A stretch of 64,000 bases of DNA from Paragordius varius (taxonomy: Eukaryota > Animalia > Nematomorpha): positions 4,154,001-4,218,000 of the forward strand of contig OZ176052.1 in the NCBI GenBank assembly GCA_964247055.1, given 5' to 3'. Below, one piece after another: positions 28,101-41,200 of the stretch. The notes below the pieces were generated by a model, which worked only from the letters and a program-made list of their open reading frames with translations, was not told the origin of the DNA and did no database searches. Within the stretch, counting starts at the first letter, position 1. The number at the start of each line of letters is the position of its first letter. The position numbers and the translations under genes are program-made.

Positions 28101-30454
28101 ACAATTTTTATCCAAAACACAATACTATTCAAGAGGCAATATTTTTAGTTTCCAACGCAACAGTTTTAATTGAAAAAAAATTGTTACATTTAAATGAAAA
28201 ATTATGTTGTTTTATAGATAATATACACCATTTACAGTTCAAATTCACCCTTGAACAATTCAAATTCACCCATAAACAACTCAAATTCACCCTAAAATAA
28301 ATTAGGTGTTTTTTAAGATTAAATATTATCTATATTTTTTTATATTTTTTTAATAAAAAAATTTTGTATTTAATCAAAATAATACTCAAAAAATAATAAA
28401 CTTTGCAATAAAAATATATTTAAATTTTAATAATGAGTAATATTAGACCAAAACGTCATAATTTATTTTTAGGGTGAATTTGGATTGTTCAAGGGTGCTG
28501 AATTTGAATTGTAAATGGTATACATAAAACCCTTCTTTATAAAAATTCATATTTACAGTAACAGGGTCGTCCTGTTCATCAGAGGTACCTCCTGTCGTCC
28601 CACTAATAGAGGGGACAAAAAATCTCATCTCAACCAACGAGATAGGGGCATCATCATCCTGTTGAAATTCCATCGTTAGTTCATTTTTAGCCGTCGTGCA
28701 ATGACTAACGTAATTAAGGGGGATTTCAAAGCACGTCGTTCGGTTATAACTAATGTATTCCTCTTTACTCACGGGTAACTCGAATGAAAGCATAGACCCT
28801 AAAACAAAATTGAAAATAATAAAAATTAAACTGAAATATAACATATAAATGCAATATAACATTTAGATTAATTTTTGTTTATATTATAACATTATTTGAT
28901 TGAGTTACACAATTGTTCAATAAGAGTAAAATTAATTAATTTGTTGTTTCCTAAACTTTGGAAAAGCATCGTGAGAAGATTCGTTAAAAGAAAACTATGT
29001 ATTACATAATACAAATTAAAAATATAAAAATGAATAATATTATGGATTAAATAAAATGTCTGTGTGAAATGATAATAAGATATGTCAATAAAAATAAAAT
29101 TACATGTAAAGGCAAATATTTTTTAAAAAGAAAGCCAGTTATAACTTTAAATGTTGAATATAATCTTTGTGATAACATCTAATTTTATTTTAGTATTCAT
29201 AAGTAACATTTATTAAAATTAGGGTTTATTTGTCTTTTACTGAATACATCTAGGTATAGATCTTTACAGTGAATTTTAATGGTTGCTTATTTTACACTAA
29301 AGTTGGGCGATTGGCAACACAGTAGTGTATGGAAAAATGAAAAAAATGTTAAATAAACAATAATTTCCCTTCTTTTTTTTCCATATATTCCTGTGTTGCA
29401 TAATACCCTAATATAGTGTGAAATAAGCAGCCATTAAACATACTATAATTAGGTATCATTTTATGATTAAAGTAAAAATGTAATAAACTAAAACTGAGAA
29501 AATTTAATTTTATTTATAAATTAAATATTTATTTTATAAATGAAAATATATCAATCGGTTATTTATTTAAGTATTTATATATATGAATTGTACCATTTGA
29601 ACGCATTTATTTTTTGACACAAAAAATGAATCTTAATTTGATGCTCAAAGTTATTAGTTTAATTTTTTTGCATCCATTTAAGGTTAATAATACATATAAA
29701 AAATTAAGAAATGTATGTTAAGTTTCTTACTCAAACTTATCTGAACCATTTAGTTTGAAACAAATTTTGAAACTAAATAACTGATTGCAATTTGGGTGTT
29801 TATTAAATAAATTTTTTTTTGCATATAATTTAAATAAAATTATTGGGAAAATATTTTTTAAAATCAACCTAAATTTTAAAAATATTTACTCACAAAAAAT
29901 TATTGCGTTAAACCAAAATTTTTTATCGAAACTGACCTTTTGGGGTTTTTGACGAAATTTTAAATTTGATTATCGATATTGATTAAGACTAGTGTATTAT
30001 TAAAAATACCCTTTTTAAAATTTCAAAATTTAAAGAAACATACTACCTTCAAAAATAGGTAATCCCCAATTATGACCCTTAACCGTATAATGTGCATCAC
30101 GCAATGTTAGGCTATAATTTTTGGAAAGATAATTTTGTACATTATCATAATCCTATCGTTATAACATAATATACTAATTTTGTAAATCCTGAGTATCTAT
30201 GAAAAATTCCGCCTGTAGTTTCAATACATAGACCAGGTCCATTTGCAAATTCAATCCATGATAAACTACCAATATCAGAAGGAACAAAATGATCCAATTT
30301 TCCCGTTTTACTATTTTTGAAAAAGATTCCATTTATTTGAAATTTCATTCTCCCAGGATTCTATAAATTTAGAAAACATATTATTTACCATAACACCCCT
30401 TATCTCCTCAAACAAATTATTATATTCAAGTACATTTGAATCGGTGTTAGTCAT
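19943..30454 (-). CDS. SSRP1: FACT complex subunit SSRP1 (about 710 aa, 14 coding exons)
   Basis: Exons in transcript order: 30454-30389, 30360-30175, 30152-30047, 28798-28557, 27183-27089, 26714-26579, 26258-26155, 25836-25708, 25389-25162, 23944-23872, 23493-23276, 21447-21147, 20608-20435, 20017-19943. All introns are GT-AG with matching phases; total 2133 nt. Hallmark motifs: [83 protein letters not shown], an acidic region and an HMG box ([15 protein letters not shown]). An alternative in-frame ATG lies at 30463. Confidence 0.96.
22130..23310 (-). repeat. Diverged tandem repeat (units about 240-300 bp) containing the SSRP1 exon 11 end and its donor site
   Basis: Motif aattactcttcagctacgctctcgtcactacccc at about 23271 (true exon end), 23031, 22725 and 22427, degenerate at about 22140. 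The intervening intron sequence (taactgtccacta, aaaacagaatct) also repeats. Confidence 0.88.
25086..25126. repeat. Compound (AC)n(TA)15 microsatellite in SSRP1 intron 9
   Basis: Direct reading. Confidence 0.9.
28222..28523. mobile_element. Foldback/MITE-like element with modular inverted arms, copy A (SSRP1 intron 4)
   Basis: Left arm 28222-28304 (ccatttac, then 3x caaattcaccc at 21-bp spacing, then taaaataaatta) is inverted relative to 28459-28523, with an AT-rich spacer. No TSD established. Confidence 0.6.
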
Positions 30455-30690
30455 TTGAACCATGTTAGTAAATGAATGAATAAATTTTGATTTTCAAAAA
30501 TTAAATAAGGCGCCAAGGTTTTGATTTTACTTAACACGTTAAAAGTCCATTAAAGTTTTATTAGTTGTTTGATTTTTATATATTATATTTTTATTTCAAT
30601 AATACACTAATCTAACCAGAAACAGCTCGCATCCCTAGTGCTTCAGTCTGTTTATCCAGTTTAAGATTTTTTTTACAAGTTCATGATATA

Positions 30691-30938
30691 TGTACCATTT
30701 ACAATTTATTGAACATTCAAATTGACCCTAAAAATAAATTATATATTATCGGGAACCCATCATTAATATAAATTATATCTATATTGCATATATTATTTTT
30801 TCAGTATTATTTAATTTTAATAAAATTTTAAAAATATCAAAAATCAAAGTAATTTTTAACTTTAAAAGCCACTTAATTTATTTTGAGTTAATTTGAATTG
30901 TTCGAGGGTGAATTTAAATTGTTCAAAAAAATGGTATA
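30691..30938. mobile_element. Foldback/MITE-like element, copy B (upstream of SSRP1)
   Basis: Same arm motifs as copy A (taccatttaca...caaattgaccctaaaaataaatta and taattta...agggtgaattt...aaatggtata), more diverged. Confidence 0.5.
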
Positions 30939-31629
30939 TTATAATAGCCATACTAAACAAGACCTAAAAACTGGTTTATTAAAATAATATATTATTTTTA
31001 AATGGTAAAAAGATTTATGCAGTAAACCTATTCGGCTGAACACAGTCACGGTTTAAATTTTTTAATATGAAACTTATTTTAATTAAACCTTGTCGAATTT
31101 TAATTAAAAGTTTTTTATACAATGAAAATGGTCAATGCTAATTTAACTGCCTCTGCCCTTATTAAACCTAAAGTAAGTAAGTTACCTGAATATGGCAAAG
31201 ATTTTATAAAAAATTTTAATTTCCATTTTCATATTTATTAAACGATTCTATGCCAACAATAATAATGCCCAAGCAAATATTTTAGATGCAAAAATCCATT
31301 CCAATCTCAAACCTGTAATCCTGGCACAAAACAATTAAATATAACTAAAAAAATATAATGCGAAAAATAGTATACGATTACCTTAAAATGGTTTTTTCTA
31401 GATAAATGCATAATTTCCAGTAATATACATAGTTATATTAATCAGTACACGATGATTATATTTGTAACCTTAACTGTATCATTAGAAACAACAGCCATTA
31501 GGCAATGAACTTAATTTTGATATTATTAAATATTGTTCATAAACACTTATATAAATAAAAAACCGTATATCTTATAATTTATATAGCTCCTGTTTAGAGT
31601 TTAAAATTTATACAAATTTACAAATAAAT

Positions 31630-34600
31630 TTATTCGATTTTCATCTTTTTTGGTTCATAACTATCATCTTGATCATTATCAATATGAATAGTTTGTGAAG
31701 CATTTGAAACATCAAATTTAGGCGTAAAAGATGGAATTTGCATTTCGTGTTCTAAATTTTTGGCATCCTGCTTGGCATTTTCAATTGTTTGAACGAAAAG
31801 ATTAATGAAATATTCAACAGAACAATGGGTATCATCATTAGCGGGGATTGGGTATGTTATATATCTAATAAATAATACAAATTTTAATAGATAATTTATT
31901 GTCTTTCTTTCCAGTTCAGTTCATCAAAACTTTCGGTTCCAATTTTACTTTTGAAATAGTTAATAATTAAAATCTATATTTTAAAAATTCGAATATTTAT
32001 TATGGCTTTAAACTCACAAAAGCCCATAATTCGGATCCAAACGGTTGCGGGTTCAATCCCTGACTGAATCATTTTAGAGCATAAGCACCACTGACAAATA
32101 ATAGATAGAAATAAATAAATTAAAAAAATAATTAATTGAACAATTTTAATTATTTAATGTTAAAAAGATATAATTGATTAAAACTGTTGCATACCTTTCC
32201 CATTCTTAAAATCTCATGTTAGTGTATGAAATTTTGTTTGATTTTTATAAACTAATAACCTGATAAATAAAGCAAATGCCTTCAATGACATTATGTTTTA
32301 TTTGGGGAAAAAATATATTATGGTCATGTTATTTAACGTAATGTGTAATCACAATCTGGATTGCGTTTATTGAAAATATTAATAACATTATTTAATTAAT
32401 TATCAATTATTAAAGTTGTATTTAAACGCTCTTCTAACTCATAACAATATTAAATTGCGGTTTATAAATAAATTGGTTTAAATATTTGTAAGTTTTTAAT
32501 TTTTAAATTTTTCAAAAAATAATTATACCCATTAACTTCCATTACCATTAGCCAGTATTATTATAATAAGAACTACTACTATAAAAAAATTAAATATTAA
32601 TCATGTAAATGAAATAATATAAATCGGTATCATAATATAATTATATACAATATTCACCAGATATCACACCCATATCCTACAAAATTAACTATAATCCTGA
32701 AAATTATTATTACATAAAACAGCTGACGCCAAAGGCGAATAAATAGTCTAAAATATCAAATATTTGCCCAACTATCATCGACACCCTTTCCGACACTTTG
32801 GTGAATAAAATAAAACCTATACGAACTCTTTATGTCAAACCTTATATCCACACACCAAATTATAGTAGCGCCCCTTAATAAATAAATTCTTCCGTATTGT
32901 ATTTCTAAAACAGAGCCTATAAATTTAGTTCATCTATTATTCATCATGCAATATTCCGATTTTTAATTGGGCGTACTTTCTTACACACTTTAACTAATTT
33001 CGGCATTTTTTATCCTTTTTAGTTTTTAGGAAAAGAGTCATGCTACGAATATTAAGTCATATATTATCCCACAATCGGGGCGATAACTACGGAGAAAATT
33101 AATTTGTTATAGTATGTATACTTACTCAGTTGAGCAATTAGTATCGACCAAAGCTATGCTTGGTATATTGGAGATTGCACAATCCCGTATAGCTGCATGT
33201 TGACGTTGTAACGTATCTTGACTGTGAAAGAAAATACAGAGATCGGGTAGCCGTATTTCCTCCTCTTGTAATACTACGAGTTTGGCTGTTTCATCTGCAT
33301 TGCGGAGTTCGGGAGATTCCAACAGCAATTGGTTTACGGATAGATCATTCCTTTACACAGACAGTTATAGAGTAGAATAAATAAATTTATTCTTTCAAAA
33401 AAATTTCTAAAATATTTTATAACTTAAATTTATCATATAATAGGCTATTTTAATGAAATTATTTTTTAAAAAATGGTTTTTAATAATTTTTTTAAAGAAC
33501 TACACTTTTATCTTTTTAAGCGTGAAAAATTCATTCAAAAAACATTACTTTTTCTTTAAAGCAAAAAAATGTTGTTTTTATAAATAGAGATGATACCTGG
33601 CATAAAATTTGTTGGCATTCAGAAAATTTCCCCTGGCCCACAACCTACAATGCGCATAAACTCCGGCATCGATTGCAGCCTTCTCCACTTTGTGTACGAA
33701 TTGAGGATATCGACATAGGAAAAGAATGATTCCTGATATATGAAACTAGATTAAACTATCAATATTTAAAAACATTTTTTTATGAATAATAAAATAGGTT
33801 ATATATACAGTTAATAAAAATAAATTTAGAAATGCACCTAATAGCAATCATTATCAGTGTCAATACAACAAACAATTATATATTACATTTTATAAGGCTT
33901 TCTTATAAACTGTAACAACATTTATTATATGTTCCGTATGTATTAAATGTAAAAAATAACCCTATTCGATTTTTCGTAAATTTTTATAAAATTATATTTT
34001 TGAAAAATATGCAACTATGCAGACAAAATATTTAAATAATAATCCAATTTATTTTTTCACATTTCATATAATGTGTACGAAGAATTTTTTAGGAAAATTT
34101 TCAAAGGATGATTTTTGTATAAATTATTTGCTAATATGAATTATAAGAATTTTTATAATTAATATATTTTATTATAAAAATATAAGGGTTATATGATTAC
34201 ACAAAAAATCGAAATATTATAATACATAACATATTCATAAAATATAAGCTAACAAAATCAAAAAACAGGCTAAGCTGTAAGTAAGGTAAAACTATTGAAT
34301 TTTATTTTCCTGAAAATTAAATTTAAACAAAATTTACTTGTTTGTCAATTATTGAATCAGGCCACAAAAAAATAGTACTTCAGGCATATAATTAACATAA
34401 GACAATAATTATGATTTACAAAAAGTATTATCCAATAATGAACGCAATCTTATATAAAATAATGAGTATTATAAGTTTGTCATTAGCAATGTATGAAATG
34501 AAAATATTGTTACCTTGACGTAAAGCAATCTCATATGTAACTTCTAAGGCTCGTTTCAAATGCGATACAGTATGGTCCAAATCAATGATATGCATGCCAA

Positions 34601-34748
34601 CACGGTCCCCATATAAATATGGTACCATATCTTGATGAATTAACTCCTTTTTATGCCCCATATACACCCGAGAATTAAATAACTCCTCCATTGAGTATTC
34701 AGGGATGCAAATATTTGACAATTTTCGAAATAAGATTCGAAAAACCAT
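31630..34748 (-). CDS. MRPS2: Mitochondrial small ribosomal subunit protein uS2m (about 276 aa, 4 coding exons)
   Basis: Exons 34748-34514, 33732-33597, 33350-33126 and 31864-31630; GT-AG, phases match, 831 nt. Motifs: ELFNSRVYMGH, PYLYGDR...IIDLDHT, RLPDLCIF, AIRDCAISNIPSIALVDTNC, ITYPIPANDD. The R/K-rich, acid-free N-terminus resembles a mitochondrial presequence. The start codon is less certain, because an AG 2 nt upstream could mark a further 5' exon. Confidence 0.92.
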
Positions 34749-35081
34749 GCCTATATATGTATGAACAAGAACAATGTGCCAATATTTTGTGGATTGTGCG
34801 GATCCGCACCAATTATATAATATGATAATAAAGAAACAGATTGTTTTGTTTTCAGACAGGTTAATCGAATTCGTAATATATAATGAAGACTTTACCATAA
34901 AAATACATTTTTTTATAAAAACATTCCATATAAATATCCAATTTATATAAAATAATGCCAAATTTATGACTAATTTGAATATAAATCATTATATAACAAA
35001 ATAAATATGTTTTTTGTGAATTCTAGTACCATTGCCCCACAAAAATGGCTTCGCGGGCCGCATTCGCAAAGTATATGGTAA

Positions 35082-35627
35082 CTAATACTTGGATAGAATA
35101 CATTCATTTCGGTTCTTTGATTCAAATTAGGATAGTTACATCGTTAAGGCTTGTTGAAAATAAATATTTTAAAAAATATGGAAAATATTGAAACCATGGC
35201 AAAAGTTTGTACCTATATAACATTAAATCGAAAATAAAAAATAAATTTCAAATATACTTGATATTACTTCAGAGGTGAAAAATGGTAAAAATTAGCCAAC
35301 ATGACAGCTTAAGCTAAATATAAAAATAATACAAATTTTACTTTTTCGTTTTATATCAATGTTAAATGTAAAAATAAAGTAAACTAAGTTTTAAGCTTAA
35401 AATCAAATAAAGACAATATTTTGAGAAAATGTTTTAAGATAAAAATGGCATCCAAGTAGTTTGATACGGAACTTTTTTTCCAAAACTAAATTATATTTAG
35501 ATATTGGCTTATATATATATTATGAGGATGGAATAAATTAAATTGGAACCGTTTTTTTAGTAGTTTTTTAAAAATATCAAATATTGTGTGGGGTAATCGG
35601 AAACCCCAATTTGAACCGAGGTGTTAG
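35082..35627 (+). mobile_element. piggyBac-type MITE, copy 2 (more diverged)
   Basis: taatacttggatagaatacattcattt...ccccaatttgaaccgaggtgttag, colinear with copies 1, 3 and 4; flanks degenerate (ctaa/ttag). Confidence 0.7.
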
Positions 35628-35869
35628 TAAATATAATAATTTTTATATAGTAAAAAGATTAACTAAATATTAAGTTCCATATTAGTGCCAAGATTTGAAA
35701 TGGCTTACATTATTTGTTAAAATAATTTTTTAACAAATGGTTCACCTGGATACAATCATATTGTGGTAACTAATGACCCTAGGCACGTTGAAGTCTACGC
35801 TTATTAGACATGGTGCCGAAAGTTGTTGTTGCTAAGGTCGATTCCGACTGATAAAACATTGAAAGTTTT

Positions 35870-36260
35870 GGAACCATTCTTAACACGCATGTTTTAGTAC
35901 CGAAAATAAAAAAGGTTAATTCGAAAAATTGATGTTACTTATTTTATGGATAACCCAGAAGGGGAAAATTTTGCCAACATGACATTATTCAGTAACTAAA
36001 TGGTTAAATGCAAATACACCACTTGTTTATATCTTAGTTATATGTGATTTTAACAAAAAATTGACTTTAGTTTTAACGTTCAGATCAAATAACACGTTTT
36101 GCAAAAATGTTGTAAAATAAAAATGGGATCAAATTAAATGTTAAATCAAAATTAATTTTATATAGATGTTTTGGCTTACTTATATTATTATTATTAAAAC
36201 AAATATATATTGCAGTATTTATTTAACATTTTAAGACCTTTTGTGGGGTAGTTTTTTATC
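35870..36260 (+). mobile_element. Highly degenerate partial relative of the same MITE family
   Basis: Internal motifs in the same order (ttgatgttacttatttt, aaaattttgccaacatgaca, gttttgcaaaaatgttgtaaaataaaaatgg); ends not recognisable. Confidence 0.35.
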
Positions 36261-38220
36261 CAGAAAAAAGTATCAAGGTATTAGGCCGTATTTAAAAATA
36301 TGCTTTCTTTAGCCTTTTAGGCGCATAATACAAAATATTCTTTAAAAATAAAATTTAAAAATTCTCATCTCAAACCTTTTCGCCCCCTTTTTTTACATTT
36401 TACAATCGCTAATACAATAGCTAAAACAATGTATATTTTAGCTGGAAAATATATATAATCAACTGTATAGTTTAGTTGCATATTATCAGCAAAAGCTTGA
36501 TTATTGATTTTAAAATCAGTTGATTACAATCGTGTTTGGGAGCTGTCCTAATAGAATCTAGAAGTCACAGACCTGTAAAAAAATATAAGCTTTTTTATCT
36601 AATACAGGAGAACAATGGTTGATAATTAAATTTTAACCAAAATACCTTCTAAAACATAAGAATAAGCTACGGATAAAAAAATGAATCGTGATGTTTAATA
36701 AATTCAAATTAAATATGCTCTGAGTCATTTCGTGTTAATCACTTTGGCGCATTTATAATTGATAAAAAAAATACCACTTTTGAATTTGCATGGGCATAAA
36801 CGTTTTCCAAAAATTTGCTTCAACTTCAATATTATTTATAATACATGTCACATTAAGAGGGGCTATAAGAGGCCAATTTTAAAAAGGGTAAATCACGTTT
36901 AGCGCTATTGCAAACAAAACAGTGTACACTGAAATTGAATGTTTCCACACATTTTCTGAATCGTGTTTTAAACTATATTCAAAAATATTATAATGGCGGG
37001 GAACTGAGGGCTAATTTTCAAAAAGGCTCAGTCAGCATCGACACATTTCAGAACATAAAAAAATTATTATAAAACTAAATAGGTTTTAACGTTTTTAAGG
37101 AACGTACTAGGAAAAATGTGTAAAGGCCATAGACAATATTTTATTAAAACTTTTTACCAAAAAACAGGTAAAAACTTATAACGTGGTAGTGTAATTGATT
37201 TTGGAATATAATGAAATATATAATCAAAATTTGTGATAAATCTTTGGCAAATGTTGTAAAAATAATGTATTATTTTATAAAGATCATGCTTCAGGCCTGC
37301 TTAACCAAATTCGCCTTTATAAAGCAATGTCCGTTTTAAGTAATTGATTTTAATGCAATCTAGAATATATCATAATTATCCAACAAACATTCAACTTTTT
37401 AAAAAATATGTTTTACATTGTTTTGCATTAAAAAAAAATTATAAAATATAAAGTAATTACCATGAAATTTGATAAAACTTTTTTTAATAACTATTCCTAA
37501 TTCATCATACTTATCATATATTATAGTAATCCCCTTTTCTTCATGTTATAAATGCTGCTAAAAAAATTCACAAAATGTTCGGAGTCCAAGAATTGCATTT
37601 AGTTTATAAAGAATTACCCCAATTATATAATATTTCCTTAATATACATTTTAAATTTTTGATCATATCATATCCATACTTCAACATATATATATTTATAA
37701 GTTAAAAAAATATTACTAAAAACACCCTATTTTAGTAGTTGTCCGCAAATTTCTTTGGCTCCATAATACATGTCCATCTATATGATATAATATTATTCTT
37801 CTCACGAAATATGCGGGTGTGCCATTAATTTTGTAAAGGTGTAATCAAATAATTATAAATATATAGTTAATCAATACTTGTAAAAATAAAGTATTTAGAA
37901 ACTAAAATAAGCAATTATAATTTTAATTTACAAATTTAACAAGAGTATCAGTGCGTAAGACATAAATTTTGAATAGGTAAAACTTTTATAATATATATTG
38001 TCATTTGTATGATATATAGATTTAAATCATTTATAATTCAGTGTTAGGCCTAATAGAATGACATAAATGGTTTATTAATTTATTAGCCAAGAATATAAAT
38101 TATTTATTGCATGATTTGTATTACGTGGCCTTAATTAACGCAATATGTATGCACCTTTCTCATTACCAATTTTGGGTAGGAAGTAATTTTTATTGCCAAT
38201 ATATTTAGTGTTGTTTAAAT

Positions 38221-41200
38221 ATGTATCCCTTTACCGATCGTAAATTCTTTATACCACTCTACATGATTGAATTGGTTATAATAATTTTGACAAACAGTTA
38301 CCTAATATACCTTATTCGTAATGACAGAGGTAGTAAACGCAATTTTTCATACAGTGTCCGATGCTTTTTTGGGTTACGCGCTTTTGGTGACTTATTCTTT
38401 GGTCTTGTATGTATCCCATTACACATTTACATCTCTTTTTTTAGTCCGACATTACATGTAACGACACAAGATGAGGAGAAAAGGATGTTGTTTGCTTTAC
38501 CAGCTTGTCGTAGGTTAGGCGCTCTGTGGTATCTAGAAGAAGCTGGAATTTATATAAGCTCCTACACAATCCTAGCGATTGCCATTAACCGATATCAAGC
38601 TATCCGTAAACCTTTTAAAATAATCACTGTAATATCCCAACAAAGCAAAAGACACGGTTGGCATCTCCGATTAAATAATAATCAACAAACATTAATTATT
38701 TATAACTATTGCGTTATTCTGGCAATCACTTTGCTGGCGCCAATCCCATTTTTGGTAGTGAGACTTCGTCACACTAATCCCGCAAATTTTTGCGTTTATA
38801 CACATAAACAATTCCTTAATCATCTCACCTATCTAATTGTTTTGGGTTAGTCAAATTATAGTAATAACAATACATTATGCTAGTGTTCAATTTTAAATTT
38901 CAGATTGAATTTGGCAATACCATGGCAGATGTGGTATTATATAATCTGCTAACATGGTTATAATAAAAATATGATACATTTTAACTGTAAATGTTTGAAT
39001 TTCATTTCAATTGGTCCGATTAATAAAAAATTTACAGTTATAAAATTGTAAAGCAATATTTTATAACTAAATGCATCATTGATTTGGCATATTCATTTTT
39101 CTGCGATCTAGAATCCAAATATCTGCCTAGTCATGAAATAATATTCCATGCATTTGTAGCATGGTGAAACTAGGAATTTAGGATAATGGATGTTTAATAT
39201 ATTACTTTTGACACTTTCAAATTAATTAAATTGGGAAAGATGCGTGGGCCTAATGTTATAAATGATATTATATGTCTATATATTACTCTAAAAATTAAAA
39301 CATTAGGAAAGTCTATTAGTTAAAACTAATTAAAAACCAATAAAATGCAGATTTGAAATTAGTTCTCTTTGATCATTTATTTTATAATTAGATCAAATAT
39401 TAGTGATAATATAAATTATGAATTAGAAGGGTGCTACTTTGCTATTTATATTAAAATGATAACCATTAAAAAACTTATATTAAAATCTTAAATATATTGC
39501 AGTATCAATTGTAAGTCAACTTGTTTATACCAGGTGTACTCATAAATTTTTACTGGTTTTTTGGTAAATAAACACGTAAATGTTATTCATAATATTGTTA
39601 TTCAGAATAATGTTAATCAGCTTATACGCATTAGACCCGCTCGAGTATTATATGAAGATCATGCTTGAAATGTTGACTTTTGCGGTAAACCGCTCGTCAC
39701 GCCATTTCGAACATCTTCGAAATTATTGAAGTGCTGCTCTACGAGCGTGTGCCAAATTGATGCGAGGTGATAGTCAGATAGCGTTAGGTCATGGCAGGAC
39801 TGCGGATAGGGAAAAATTTTAAAAAAGAATTTAAGTTGTCTTTTGATGATTGCTCTGTGTAAGACGGAATCATGTAATGAAAACTTTGCCATGTCTTCTA
39901 ACCCAACCCGGTCAATTTTCGATTAATGGGTTTGGGGATAGCGTTGGGCATTAACGGTTTCACTGGGCTTTAAAAGTCTATAATACAATAACGCTCTGGA
40001 TCCAATAGACACAGATTATAGTCTTTTTGCCAAAGCCATTTGGCCTTGATGTGGATGGACCAGTTGGCAATAATAAAAACCACGATGTTTTATGCCTTTT
40101 ACAAAAAATCCCACTTCTCATTACACTTCACATCGATGCAAAAATGATTTACTTACGTCAAGCAGGATTTCGCTTTGCGATTTTCGGTTCTTAGGATCTA
40201 TTTACCGAGTTCATTAGCCTTTTCCATTGCTCGTAAACGTCCACTGATTGGCTTTTACCTAAACGATGCTGATAAAATAAGAAAAACGCCACAATCTTTT
40301 TTTCAGGCACTCGACATGATTACTGAATGATAAAAATAAGCTAGTTTTGCTGGATTTAACATGTGTGTGGTCGTTTAATGTAGTGGGGTTTTGTCAAATT
40401 ATCGTCTGCATACTTTATGACGTTTTTTCTTAGTCAAATCGATATTGACTTATGTCTTCACTGTTAGACTTTTCTTACTGGTCATATAATTTGTTGTAAA
40501 AAATTAATCGGGATTGCCGATACCATAGCTTTTTTGAAACCATTTTGAATACCAAATTTTTTTAAAACCTCAATAATTATTTGCATTTTATATATTTGGA
40601 TTCTTGTAATATTAAGCTATCTGCAAATTTAAGAACCGGGTGTTAAAACAAATATTTATTTTTATATTACTAATATTAAAGCTACTCCGCTAAAATTAAA
40701 TTTCATATTTTTTTATTTTCTTATAATTTAGAAAAACCTGAAAATACAGTCTAATATCTTTTTCTGGTAAACACGGAATTAATTTTTTATGAATTCATCA
40801 TTGGTCATTATATATATGTGAAAAATCTTTTAGGCCATTATATTTGGCATAATATTAATTCAACACTTTTAACATGCCGAATTCATTAATTTAAAATATT
40901 ACTTTTCTGTTTATACAGATAAGATAAAAAAATCAATTACAAAAAGAAGGAACGGGCTAACTCAAAAAATATACCTGCACAATAATATGATATTTTAACA
41001 TTAATTTGATTTTTTAAATAAAAAGGTATAGCCATACCCTACATATCATCTATAATCCTATACACACTGATAATTCGTTTTATCCGCAGCTCTAGTAATT
41101 TAATACTACACACCACACCTGAATCAAATCAGATATCAGCACAAGGCCTACTGAATTCCGCTGTATCGGAGAAAAGAAAATCACGTTCCATTGTATTAAT

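Noticed and set aside
30455-31629. MRPS2-SSRP1 operon with SL trans-splicing
   Set aside because: The genes are co-oriented but about 1.2 kb apart, and no AG acceptor lies just upstream of the SSRP1 ATG. The TACTAAC there has no following AG.
32020-32070. tRNA-Met gene (cataat loop, ggttcaatccc)
   Set aside because: No complete cloverleaf or A-box; at most a tRNA/SINE fragment.
36267-36335. Small dispersed repeat (ggcctaatacctt motif) shared in inverse with about 62700-62760
   Set aside because: The similarity is short and the boundaries undefined, so it cannot be classified by eye.
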